From an uncultured delta proteobacterium (lineage in GTDB: Bacteria; Desulfobacterota; Binatia; UBA9968): a stretch of DNA of 64,000 bases. Each line of letters starts with the position of its first letter. Within the stretch, counting starts at the first letter, position 1. Positions 10,696 through 20,698 of this stretch are shown here, piece after piece. The notes under the pieces are model-generated. The model was not told the origin of the DNA. It worked only from the letters and a program-made list of their open reading frames with translations, and did no database searches. The stretch lies in NCBI GenBank assembly GCA_963737905.1, contig CAVTUQ010000021.1, forward strand, positions 1 to 64,000. Reading direction: 5' to 3'. A program made the position numbers and the translations under genes.

Positions 10696-12414
10696 CGACG
10701 ACGGCGGGCTGCTGCTCGTGCTGGCGGTCTGGTGCCGTTTGTGGGGGTGCTGCCGGCCTTGTTCTCGGCGGGCGCCACGTCCAACGGTCGCGCTCGTGAC
10801 CATGCCGCCGGGGCTCGGGATTGCAATCGCCATCGCCGACGCGTCAGGTGCAGATCGGGCGATCCGTTGGTCTATCTTCTGGGTGGATGGGCACCGCCGT
10901 TCGGCGTCGCGCTTCGCGCGGACGGGCTGCCGGTGTGATGCTCGTGATAACGGCGGTGGTGATCTGCGGCATCGGCGGTCTTTGCGCGCGCGGATTTCCG
11001 CACACCCCCGGGCGTCGGTGAGGCGCGCGCGCCGTTGGTGTTCTGGATGTTGCTGCTGGCATGTGGGGCTCGTTGAATACAGTCTTCGTGGGCGGGGATC
11101 TGTTCACCTTGTATGTTGCGCTGGAGCTCCTAACCTTCGCGGCCGTCCCGCTGGTCTGCCTCGATGGCCGCGCGGAGACGCTGCGCGCCGCGCTCCGTTA
11201 TCTGTTTGTTCGCGCTGCTGGGCTCCATGCTTTATCTGCTCGGCATGGTACTGCTTTACGGCGCCTACGGCACCCTGGATATTCTGCTGCTCGCCACGCG
11301 GGTCCATCCCGAGTCCGTAGCGTGGGTCGCCGCGGCGCTGATGACGGTGGGGCTGCTCGCCAAGACCGCGCTCTTCCCGCTGCATCTCTGGCTGCCGCCT
11401 GCCCATGCTGGCGCGCCTGCCGCAGCGAGCGCGGTACTGTCGGCTCTGGTAGTGAAGGGATCTTTCTTTATGGTTGTCCGGCTCTGGTTCGACGTGATGC
11501 CGGGTGTGATGACGTTGCCGTCGGCGCAGCTGCTCGCCACGCTGGGTGCCGGAGCGATTCTTTTCGGAAGCGTCGTCGCGCTGCGTCAGGAGAGACTGAA
11601 GCTCCTCATCGCCTACTCCACCTTGGCGCAGATCGGTTACCTCTTCTTGATGTTTCCGCTCGCCTTCGATACCGGGTCGGCGCAGCTCCAGAGCGGCGGC
11701 GCTTTGACGGGCGGTCTACTGCAGGCGATCTCCCACGCCACCGCGAAGGCTGCAATGTTCATGGCGGCGGGCCTTATCTATGCGGCGCTCGGCCATGACC
11801 GTATCGCAGAGCTCCGCGGCATCGGCCGGGCGTTGCCCATGAGCGTGCTCGCCTTTGCGCTGGGCGGTTTGGCGCTGATGGGGTTACCGCCGAGCGGTGC
11901 CTACCTCGCGAAGAAGCTCCTGCTTGACGCGGCAGCCGAGACGGGACAGTGGTGGTGGGAGTTGGTGATGCAGGCGGGCGGGTTCTTCACCGCGAGCTAC
12001 GTCGTGTTGGTTCTTGCCCACGCGCTGTGGCCGGCAGACGGCCCGGTCAAGCTGCGTGCGCCCGTGCCGCGCCTCCAGGAAGCGGCTGCGCTGGTGCTGG
12101 CGCTGTGTTCAATGCTACTCGGGCTCGCCGCCATCGGGCCGGTCCCGCTTGATACTCTGTCGCTTGCGCCGGAGGAGCTGTGGTCGGCGGTCTTGCTCGT
12201 TCTTGGCGGCGGAGTGCTGGCGATGGCGCTCGGGCATCGGCTGCCCCCTGGGCCGCTGGGTCATGGAGTCGCGATCATGGGCCCGGTTCGCACCGGGACA
12301 GTTGCCGTGGCGGGAGTGATCGAGCGGGCCGATGACGCGCTACGTCGTTGGCCGGTTGCAGGGCTGTCCTTGCTGGTGCTGGTGATCGCGTTCACTGCAG
12401 CGATGTTACTATGA
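10659..12414 (+). pseudogene. mnhD: MnhD/NuoL-M-N-like antiporter subunit (5' third frameshifted, 11.2-12.4 kb intact)
   Basis: GGWAPPFGVALRADG, DLFTLYVALE, FPLHLWLPPAH, LIAYSTLAQIGY, HATAKAAMF motifs. Confidence 0.8.
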
Positions 12415-12473
12415 CCGTCGGGATCCATGCAGAAATTTTCGATCTGGTCGCTAAATTGATTTATCCCAAGGTC

Positions 12474-12596
12474 GTCACCCTCGAACGTTTTTATCGTGGT
12501 TCGACTATGCTCACCACGACCCTGAGCCAGGTCGAATGGGTGGGGGTCCAGTCTGAACATGCCCCTGGATTCCCGCTAAAAGCAGCGGGCCAATGA
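12474..12596. repeat. REP-like palindromic element with a second REP-like element nested inside
   Basis: GTCACCC...GGGGTCCAG...CTGGATTCCCGCTAAAAGCAGCGGGCAATGAC interrupted by GGTTCGACTATGCTCACCACGACCCTGAGCCAGGTCGAA. Confidence 0.6.
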
Positions 12597-12671
12597 CGGC
12601 ACTTCGGAAAGATGCAAATCTATGCAGCAAGCTGCGGGGGAATTCAACCCGCTTAGATTAAGCGGTCCGCC

Positions 12672-12860
12672 ATGCTGAAGTCACTGTTGAACGGCAGTCG
12701 CTTCCTGGTGCTTGCCGCCGTGCTGGGCGCACTCGCCGGAGCAGCGGCGCTATTCATCTACGGCCTCGTCGATACCGTCGTGGTCATCGTACGGACGATC
12801 GCGGACAGGCGAGATCTCCACCGTTGGTGCGAAGCAATTGATACTCAATTTAATCGAAAA
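12672..12860 (+). pseudogene. Truncated YqhA-family membrane protein fragment
   Basis: MLKSLLNGSRFLVLAAVLG...GAKQLILNLIE resembles a YqhA N-terminus; frameshifted, and similarity ends after about 60 codons. Confidence 0.5.
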
Positions 12861-12906
12861 AGAATTCCTGATCGGAAAAGAGCTGACATGCTCTCGCGCA
12901 GAAGGC

Positions 12907-12946
12907 GTGGATTCGATAAACTACCACCCTGAGCAAGGTCGAAGAG
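12907..12946. repeat. REP-like element (TTCGA..CT.ACCA/CCTGAGC..GTCGAA family)
   Basis: Same motif as the insert at 12498-12540 and the elements at 22996-23113. Confidence 0.5.
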
Positions 12947-13129
12947 CAAAGGACGCCAAGTGTATCGTGAACATAAGTACGCGTTTTTCTATTGCGTGCT
13001 TGGAACGTCTAGGCGGGAATAACATTTTTTGTCGCTTTAATCGGAGCACAAAATGTTACAGATAAATTCTCGGACTGCGGAGTGCCTAAAAATGACTTCC
13101 GAGTAAAACGGGGCTGCAGCGGAGGGAAT

Positions 13130-13351
13130 ATGCGATATGTCTACATTGCCTTAATCGTTCTCCTCACGGCGGTAGTGCTGATATTCAAGTTCCAGAACCT
13201 GACCTCCGTCACCATTTCGTTGCTGGGCATGAGCGTGACCTTGCCGTTGTCGACGCTCGTGATTCTCATTTATGTGCTGGGCATGGTGACCGGGGGCGCC
13301 TTGTTTAGTCTGGTTCGGAGTTGGATTCGAGGCGCCAGGCGGCCGCGTTGA
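13130..13351 (+). CDS. LapA/DUF1049-like small membrane protein
   Basis: GGAGGG RBS; two TM segments flanking FQNLTSVTISLLG. Confidence 0.75.
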   Translation: MRYVYIALIVLLTAVVLIFKFQNLTSVTISLLGMSVTLPLSTLVILIYVLGMVTGGALFSLVRSWIRGARRPR

Positions 13352-13433
13352 TCGAAGCCACGGGAATCGTTTGCCACCGCCAGTCTGATACCGAGGCCTG
13401 ATCTCAGCACGGCATTCATTGGGAGGGGATGTA

Positions 13434-13770
13434 CTAGTCCGGCGGATCGAAGGCGCGACAGGGTCCCAGGAGCGTCATGATAACGATGCGCACGCCGCGC
13501 ATCGCGGGTGGTTCCTAAAAGCGATCTTTTAGTAATCTGATCGTTAGCAAGCGGGGTAACGGTGCGCGCCGGCGATCCATGCACTCGGTCGCCGGCGGCA
13601 CGAGGTGTTGGCCGGGGCAGGGTTGTTTGCGCCTGATGGAACATCTGCTCCGCAGACTTCTCCTGTGGAATTAGCTGATGACGACGTTTCCTGACGCGCT
13701 GCAGCAGGAAGTTAAGCAGGGGCAGCGCGATAAAAAAAAGCAACAGAAGGATTTGCCCCAGGTTTCTCAT
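13434..13770 (-). CDS. YqfB-like small protein downstream of floA (frameshift near 13490)
   Basis: N-terminal TM; alternate frame gives IVIMTLLGPCRAFDPPD*, a typical C-terminus for the third gene of nfeD-floA operons. Confidence 0.55.
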
Positions 13771-13781
13771 AGCGGCCTCGC

Positions 13782-14765
13782 TTATTTTCTCAACGTCGCG
13801 GCCGGATGGCCGTCTCCGGTGTCGGCGATCGCATCGCGCATGGCCGTATCGGCCTGCACATTTTTCATTTTATAGTAGTCCATGATCCCCAGGTTTCCCT
13901 GGCGAAACGCCTCGGCCATGGCGCGCGGCACTTCCGCCTCCGCCTCGACGACGCGGGCGCGCATTTCCTGTTCCAAAGCAACCGCCATGGCGCGCCGCTC
14001 CTCGGCCTTCGCCTGGGCGATCTGCTTGTCGGCGTCGGCCTGGTCGATCTGGAGCTTGGCGCCGATGTTTGCGCCCACATCCACGTCCGCGATGTCGATG
14101 GACAGGATCTCGTAAGCCGTTCCGGCATCGAGCCCCTTGCTCAGGATATTCTTCGAGATGTGATCGGGATTTTCCAGCACAGCCTTGTGTGTGGCGGAGG
14201 AGCCGATAGTGCTGACCATGCCTTCGCCGACCCGCGCAATAATGGTCTCCTCGCCGGCGCCTCCCACCAGCCGTTCAATGTTGGTGCGAACGGTCACCCG
14301 AGAGACCGCGATGAGCTGGATACCGTCTTTGGCTACGGCGGCGATTTTCGGCGTCTCGATAACCTTGGGGATGACCGACATCTTCACCGCTTCCAATACG
14401 TCACGACCGGCCAGATCGATGGCCGCGGCCCGCTTAAACAGCAGGGGAATATTCGCCTTGTCCGCAGAGATCATGGCGTTCACCACCCTGACAACGTTTC
14501 CGCCCGCCAGGTAGTGAGCTTCCAGATCGTTCAGGGGGATGTCCAACCCGGCCTTGACCGAGCTGATCCGCGCCGTGACCACCGTACCAGGGGGCACTCG
14601 GCGCAGGCGCATGCCGATGAGGGTGAAGAGCCCCACGTATGCCCCTGAAGCCCAGGCGGCAATCCAGAGCGGGATAGGAACGAGATAAAGGATGAAAATC
14701 AAACCCACCACGAGTAGCGCTAGCAGCGCGAAGCCTCCCGTTAATCCGGTCTCGAATCCAAACAT
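13782..14765 (-). CDS. floA: Flotillin-like protein FloA (YqfA, SPFH family)
   Basis: [49 protein letters not shown] motifs. Confidence 0.95.
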   Translation of the reverse strand: MFGFETGLTGGFALLALLVVGLIFILYLVPIPLWIAAWASGAYVGLFTLIGMRLRRVPPGTVVTARISSVKAGLDIPLNDLEAHYLAGGNVVRVVNAMISADKANIPLLFKRAAAIDLAGRDVLEAVKMSVIPKVIETPKIAAVAKDGIQLIAVSRVTVRTNIERLVGGAGEETIIARVGEGMVSTIGSSATHKAVLENPDHISKNILSKGLDAGTAYEILSIDIADVDVGANIGAKLQIDQADADKQIAQAKAEERRAMAVALEQEMRARVVEAEAEVPRAMAEAFRQGNLGIMDYYKMKNVQADTAMRDAIADTGDGHPAATLRK

Positions 14766-14767
14766 TT

Positions 14768-16153
14768 TTAACTCCTTTCGGTTGATGTGCGGTGTCGCCG
14801 CACGACGATCCGGTTGCCGTCCACGCGGGTCACCACGATGGCCGCGCCGGAGTCAATAAAATTCCCGTCGGACACTACATCGACCCGCTGATTTTCGATC
14901 TCTGCAATGCCTGCCGGTCGCAGCGGAGAGAGCGCCGTGCCGCTTTTCCCGAACCAATTGCTATCGCTTTCAGGCGCCGAAGCGTATCCCTGACTCGCGG
15001 GAAGCCCGGTCTCAAGAATCAGCCGCCGCCCGAAAGGCAGGCGCGGCAAAAAGCGCAGCAAAACGAGGCTGGCGCCCAGCGCCAACAGGAGAGAGAAGAC
15101 CACGCGCCCGGCGGCTTTGAGAATGAATTCCCATGTGGCCCCGGCGCCGACGAAACTGAGGCTGAGGCCTGCGAGTAGAGCGCCGATGCCCAGGACGCCG
15201 GCCAGACCAAAGCCGGGAATGACAAATACTTCTAAAACCAGAAGCACGAGACCCGAGCCCACCAGCAGTAGCTCTTCCCAACCAGCCAACTGAACCAGCC
15301 AGTGGCCCCAGAAGAAAAGCGCCAGGCTGGTGATACCGAGAGCGCCGGGCACCCCGAAACCGGGCGTGAGGATTTCCAGGATGATCCCAAGCATGCCGAT
15401 GGTGATGAGACCAGAACTGACCACCGGATGGGTGAGGAAGCGGACTAGATTCTCCGCCCAGTTGGGCGATGGCCGTCTCACTTCCGCCCCAGCAAGACCC
15501 AATCGCTCCAGCACGCCTTCTAGAGTGTCGCCGCGAAAATCCGCAACCTTGTGCTTCAGGGCTTCCTCAGTCGTCAAAGTCAGGAGCTTGCCTTTTTGGA
15601 TGAGGCCTGGGATTTCCACATCCGCGTCGACCATCGCCTCGGCGATGAGCGGGGGGCGCTTGCGGCTTTCGGCGGTTGCGCGAAACTCCTTGCGCACGAA
15701 GGATACGGTTTTCTCCTCCACCGGTTGCGCGGGGCTGCCAGGCTGTCCGATCTGCACCGGCGTAGCGGCGCCGATGGTTCCGCCGTCGGCCATGACGATC
15801 TTCTCGGCGGCCAGAGCAATAAGAGCGCCCGCGGAGATCGCTCGCTTGTTTACAAAGGCCACCGTCCGAACCCGCGCATTCAACAGAGCGTCGCGGATTA
15901 GAACCGCCGCGTCCACCCGCCCGCCGAAAGTATTGATCTCGAAAATAACGGCCGTGGCGCCTGCATCCGTGGCTTCCTTAAGGACGCGCTGAACGAACGG
16001 CGCGAGCCCGAGGTCGATGATTCCCTCGATGGGCGCAACGTAAACCACGGGCGCCTTCTGCGCGAAGGTAAACGTGTTGATGCCGAGGACTGTGAACAGT
16101 CCGAGGCCAACGATCGACAATCGACTAGCCCATCTGATTTGACTCATGCGCAT
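14768..16153 (-). CDS. nfeD: NfeD-family membrane serine protease (ClpP class) with C-terminal OB fold
   Basis: [34 protein letters not shown] motifs; adjacent to floA. Confidence 0.92.
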   Translation of the reverse strand: MRMSQIRWASRLSIVGLGLFTVLGINTFTFAQKAPVVYVAPIEGIIDLGLAPFVQRVLKEATDAGATAVIFEINTFGGRVDAAVLIRDALLNARVRTVAFVNKRAISAGALIALAAEKIVMADGGTIGAATPVQIGQPGSPAQPVEEKTVSFVRKEFRATAESRKRPPLIAEAMVDADVEIPGLIQKGKLLTLTTEEALKHKVADFRGDTLEGVLERLGLAGAEVRRPSPNWAENLVRFLTHPVVSSGLITIGMLGIILEILTPGFGVPGALGITSLALFFWGHWLVQLAGWEELLLVGSGLVLLVLEVFVIPGFGLAGVLGIGALLAGLSLSFVGAGATWEFILKAAGRVVFSLLLALGASLVLLRFLPRLPFGRRLILETGLPASQGYASAPESDSNWFGKSGTALSPLRPAGIAEIENQRVDVVSDGNFIDSGAAIVVTRVDGNRIVVRRHRTSTERS

Positions 16154-16393
16154 GAAGCACGTTTCTTTGACGGAGCAACAAGCGTGCGGTCCGGGTCAAC
16201 TTGGACACTACCGCTGGTTTTTCACTTGCGCCTTCAGTTACAGGGATATGCTACCCCGGAAGGCATTTCTGTCTAATATTGGACAAGTTGAGAAGAAATA
16301 TTGCGCAACCCAGATACACAGCAGCAGGGCCTACGTAATCCGGTAAGGCGGTATATTGAAGTCCGAAATGGTGGGCAGTGGAGGGAGCGTGCG

Positions 16394-16538
16394 ATGCGAT
16401 ACGTCTACATTGCTTTGATCGTTTTCTTAACGGCGGGTGGTGCTGCTATTCAAGTTCCAGAACCTGACCTCCGTTAGCATTTCGTTGCTGGGCATGGTGA
16501 CCGGAGGCGCCCTGTTTGGCCTGTTCGGAGTTGGATCC
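16394..16538 (+). pseudogene. Degenerate second copy of the LapA-like gene at 13130
   Basis: Near-identical DNA; +1 frameshift, 54-bp deletion between 11-bp repeats, further -1 frameshift. Confidence 0.8.
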
Positions 16539-16626
16539 TTGACGACTGACTCGCCGTCGGGAGATTTCAGGGCAGACTTCTGGAACGTCTGGAACGGACT
16601 GATCCCGGTGAACTCTCTTGGTTTGA

Positions 16627-16941
16627 TTATTCCAACTCTTCAAACATGGAAGCGTCCAGTAGCCTCGCTCCGTGAATAACTCTCAGGACGTACACTGTCC
16701 TTTTGGCTACGCGAAAAACAGTGCGGTAGTCACCATAAATCATGCAGCGTGTTCCAAGGATTTCGTTCTCGGGAATCAAGGCGCATCGATTGGGAAAGAT
16801 CTCCAGCGTTTCAATTTGTTCCTCTAGTCGATTAATAAACTTATCCGCTGTTTCGGGACTATCTTGCGCGATAAAACTCCAGGCTTGTTCGATATCACTT
16901 TCCGCCGCGCGTGTGATGCTAACGCGAAATTTTGCGGGCAT
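16627..16941 (-). CDS. Type II toxin, RelE/ParE family
   Basis: ITRAAESDI..IAQDSP..A, YRTVF, VYVLRVIHGAR; overlaps the antitoxin. Confidence 0.85.
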   Translation of the reverse strand: MPAKFRVSITRAAESDIEQAWSFIAQDSPETADKFINRLEEQIETLEIFPNRCALIPENEILGTRCMIYGDYRTVFRVAKRTVYVLRVIHGARLLDASMFEELE

Positions 16942-17209
16942 GTTTGAACGCTTTTAGAAAAGAGCGCATCGACCGTGTGCGTCCGGCGGCGACGTCTTCC
17001 TCGGCCTGGATTAGAAGCCGCATCATATTGCTTGCTCTTAAGTGTTTTTCATAGGTTTTGGTGTCCATCAAAACCGCATCAGCTTTGCCGTTTACCGTGA
17101 GCACCACGGGTCTCTGAGTGCGATGAACGTGGTTTAGAATCTCTTTGGTCTTGCGCTTTAGGTCGGTGACAGATCGGATATCTTCAGACGGATTCGTTGG
17201 CATAGACAT
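16919..17209 (-). CDS. Type II antitoxin, Phd/YefM family
   Basis: DIRSVTDLKR, PVVLTVNGKADAVLMD..YE motifs. Confidence 0.88.
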   Translation of the reverse strand: MSMPTNPSEDIRSVTDLKRKTKEILNHVHRTQRPVVLTVNGKADAVLMDTKTYEKHLRASNMMRLLIQAEEDVAAGRTRSMRSFLKAFKHARKISR

Positions 17210-17249
17210 TTCCCCTTTATATTAGGTGGTCAATATAGCAGTAAAAATC

Positions 17250-17265
17250 GCATCAAATTAGATGC
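17250..17265. promoter_or_regulatory. Candidate TA autoregulatory operator
   Basis: Palindrome GCATC-AAATTA-GATGC about 40 bp upstream of the antitoxin start. Confidence 0.4.
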
Positions 17266-17350
17266 TCGCCAAGGCACCTAAATGCGTAGCGCGAAGCGGG
17301 CTCGCAGCATGGTGAATCGCTAACTAACTATGGAGCGCGTCCGCGGGCAT

Positions 17351-18709
17351 TCAGACGTAGGTGTCGACTTCTCCCTGGCCGTCTTTCATGAGGTCTACCT
17401 TGGCGTCGGCGAGCATGATCTCGTAGGCGGCGCGGACGCCCGAGAGGAATGCGCCGTGGACGGTGGCCGGAAAGAACTGAGAGGTGGCTTCGCCCGCGAA
17501 GAAAATCCGGTTCTTGACGGGTACCCCGATCTGCCGGCGCAAACTCTGCTTAGAGCCGACAGGGACGTAGGAGTACGAGCCGAGGCTGAAGGGGTCCTGA
17601 TTCCATCGAGTGACGAGATGGCCCACCGGCTCCGGGATGTTCTGCCCATACATCTTGCGGAGGCAGGCCATCAGGCAGCCCACCAGTTCGGCATTGCTCC
17701 GGAGCTCGTTCTTCTCGCCGGCCGTTCCGGCGCTGAAGGCGAGCAGAACCGGAAGGCCGGCAATCTTATGGAAGTTGACGATCTCGGGCCAGTCTTCGTC
17801 CTGGCTCCCCATGTAGCCGATCAGCTCGTCCTCCTGGTCCCAGAAAACCGAGTCGAACTTGAGGAAGATCTTGTTGAAGACACCCATGCGCGTCTTGCGA
17901 ATGGCCTCGCGTTTGCTTTTCGCCAGGCGCGGGTGGAAGGCGATTCGTCCTGCTTGCAGCACTCCGAGCGGCACGGTGACGAGCACGTGGCTGGCCTGGA
18001 AGCTGCCGCGGTTAGTGAGCACGTCCACGCGTGTGCCCGAATAGTCGATTTGCGTGACCTCGTGGCCGAGGAGGATATTGGTACCCTCGGCCAACCGGTC
18101 GGTGATCTGGGCGTAGCCCTCAGGGAACACCCGATCGTGGCCCGCGAAGCCGAGACTCTTGTCGTACTCGAGGAGGGAAACGTCGGAGCGCGGGCCCGCC
18201 CATTCGTGCTCGAGATAGGTTCGGGCGATGAAGGTCAGGCGGCGGCGCTGATCGGCGTCATAGCCCTGGCTCGCGGCGAAGATCTCTTCGACCTCCAGCA
18301 TGGACTTTTCGTGGCCTTCCTTCTGTTTGGCAGCGACGAAGTCGAGATAGTCCGCCATCATCTCGGACATCTCGGCGGTCTCGTCGCTGCTGAGCCGGCG
18401 GCCGTCCTCGTCGTAGAGGACTATCGAGCGGTAGCGTGCCGGGGTCACACTGGAGATGTTAGTGCGGACAATCGTGATGGCATGTCGCCGGGCGAGCCGC
18501 GCGATCGGGTTGTCTTCGAAACCATGAATCCACGATGCCCCCAGGTCGGCAGGCACGCCGAGCTCGTGCGAGGTCCAGATGCGCCCGCCGATGCGTTCGC
18601 GCGCCTCGAGGATCGCGACGTCGTACCCGTCGACGGCGAGATCCCGTGCCGCTGTCAACCCGGCGATGCCAGCCCCGATCACCAGGACCTCTCGCGACTG
18701 GGCGCTCAT
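17351..18709 (-). CDS. Flavin-containing amine oxidase (MAO/PAO family)
   Basis: GAGIAGL, LEARERIGGR, DLGASWIHG, FSLGSYSY, FAGEAT..TVHGA motifs. Confidence 0.92.
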   Translation of the reverse strand: MSAQSREVLVIGAGIAGLTAARDLAVDGYDVAILEARERIGGRIWTSHELGVPADLGASWIHGFEDNPIARLARRHAITIVRTNISSVTPARYRSIVLYDEDGRRLSSDETAEMSEMMADYLDFVAAKQKEGHEKSMLEVEEIFAASQGYDADQRRRLTFIARTYLEHEWAGPRSDVSLLEYDKSLGFAGHDRVFPEGYAQITDRLAEGTNILLGHEVTQIDYSGTRVDVLTNRGSFQASHVLVTVPLGVLQAGRIAFHPRLAKSKREAIRKTRMGVFNKIFLKFDSVFWDQEDELIGYMGSQDEDWPEIVNFHKIAGLPVLLAFSAGTAGEKNELRSNAELVGCLMACLRKMYGQNIPEPVGHLVTRWNQDPFSLGSYSYVPVGSKQSLRRQIGVPVKNRIFFAGEATSQFFPATVHGAFLSGVRAAYEIMLADAKVDLMKDGQGEVDTYV

Positions 18710-18916
18710 GTTTTCCCGAGCCTCCACAAACTAAATTTGGTCTTGCCGCCCAACCTGGTCGCGAACACTTTCTCGTACTTGTTGGGGATCAAAAGGGAAG
18801 CGTCCTTCGCATCAGGCGAATTAATACATATATGACGACAAGGCGGACAACAAGCCGTGCAGAACAGTCAATGGGTCCTCGCGCGCATCGGCTCTGAGAA
18901 ACACTAGGAGTTCGAG

Positions 18917-20486
18917 TTATCGGCCGGAGGCGATTCTCAGCGATTCTGCTAGACGCCATGCATGGTAGAGGGCAAGGTCAGCCCACACAAGGCTCTCGAG
19001 ACCGGCGCGGGCCGTCGCCGTAGCCATGCGTTGCAGAGCGACATCTTCCAGCAGCTTCTCGCGATCGGTCTTTCTTTCGGCACTGAGCTGTTTCGAGGCA
19101 TCTTCGACCGCCTTAAAAATCGTTGGATCGGGTGACGCCTCGGGGTCTTTCGTCGCGTCGAGCCACATAGCCAGCGCCTGCGCGCCTGCTGCGAACTCCG
19201 CCGGGGGCTGCCAGCCGCTTACTGCGGACGGAACTCGGGTCAGGTCGTCATGAAGCTGCGTGAGATGATCCAGCGCATGGACGAGGCGGACGAGGCGGGG
19301 GCCTATCGTGCCCAGATCGGTGGTTTCCAGCGGGAGCGATTCGAGGAAGTGCTCGGTTTGCTGGACCGCTTCGGCCGGAGGGTCGTAGTTGACGGATTCG
19401 CCGGCGAGCCGCCGGCGAATGGCATCGACCGCACCATGCGCGACCTCCAGGATCGCCCGCCAGGCGGCCTCGAGGGCGACCTCCCCTCCCGCTTCCACGA
19501 GGGTCGGGATCGAGACGGCTGACTGCCGACTCGCTACCTGTTCCAGAAATCCGAACGATGAGCCGGGCGAAGCCATCGAGCCACGGATAGAACACAACAA
19601 TGCCCGCGAACTTGAAGAGGCTGCTGAATGTCGCCATCGCCAGCACGCCGTCGGGATCATAGAGTCGAGAACCCACCCAGTCTGCCGCTGCCGTGAGTGG
19701 TCCAAGAAACAGGATCCCAAGCACGCCGACGATCACACTGAAGATGATGTGCGCCAGCGCCGAGCGCCGCACCGCGAGGCCGCCGCCGACCATCACCAGC
19801 CCGGTCGTCGCCGCCGTTCCGACGCTCTGCCCGACGATCATCGCGCAGCCCTGCTCGAAGGTCAGCGAGCCCGCGTTCAACGCAACCAGCGTCGCCGCTC
19901 CGGCAGCGGTCGAGCTCTGCATGACGATCGACATGAGGATCCCGATCCCGGCGAGAATCCACCGCGCGCCGAAACCCCGGCCGGCAAATGCCTCGAGGTT
20001 CCACGAAACGCCTCCCATCCCCGTTTGCAGGAAGTCGATGCCGGTGAAGATCAGTCCGAAGCCGGCGAGGAGCGCTCCGAACGATCGCGTTTTACCGCGC
20101 GCGATCAGCCAGAGAAAGGCGCCGACGCCGAGCATGGGCAGGGCCGCGGCAGAAATCCTGAAGCGCAGACCGAAGATGGCCACCAGCCAGATCGTCGAGG
20201 TCGTTCCGAGCGTCGCACCGATGATCATCCCGACCGCTTGCGTGAAGGTGACGAGTCCCGCATTGACGAAGCCGATGACGGTGAGGATGGCAGCGGTGGA
20301 GGATTGAATCACCGCGGTGAAGAACGCCCCGGATACAACCGCGCTGAATCGGCCGGACACGAGCCGTTGGAGCGCGCGGCGTAGCGAGTCGCCCGCAAGA
20401 CCTTTCAGACCTTCGGTGAGGTGGTGGATCCCCAGCAGGAACAAGCCCAGTCCACCCAGGAGCTCTATAGTGGCGGAGGCCTCCAT
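18917..20486 (-). CDS. Na/Pi cotransporter family protein (frameshift near 19510)
   Basis: LGGLGLFLLG and two QSST(A) repeats; C-terminal helical domain in ORF 18917-19720. Confidence 0.85.
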
Positions 20487-20549
20487 GGACTTCGGTTACG
20501 GCGGGAAGACCACCGACTTCTTTTGCGAAATTCTGGAACAGCACATTAG

Positions 20550-20698
20550 CAGCTCGCTGAAAAATCCTTTTACACGCTGCTCAAAAAGACTCAGAAGCGA
20601 GGCGCGCGAAGATCGATGAGCGGAGGCATACTCTTATTGTACGTTGATGCGAAATCGGTCGAACGCAACGAAGCATATGAGTCTTTTTCAGCAACCTG
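20550..20698. mobile_element. MITE-like element with CAGnnnGCTGAAAAA ends, flanked by TTAG/CTAG
   Basis: Terminal CAGCTCGCTGAAAAA / TTTTTCAGCAACCTG; internal 15/16 inverted repeat at 20578-20593 and 20678-20693; non-coding. Confidence 0.65.
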
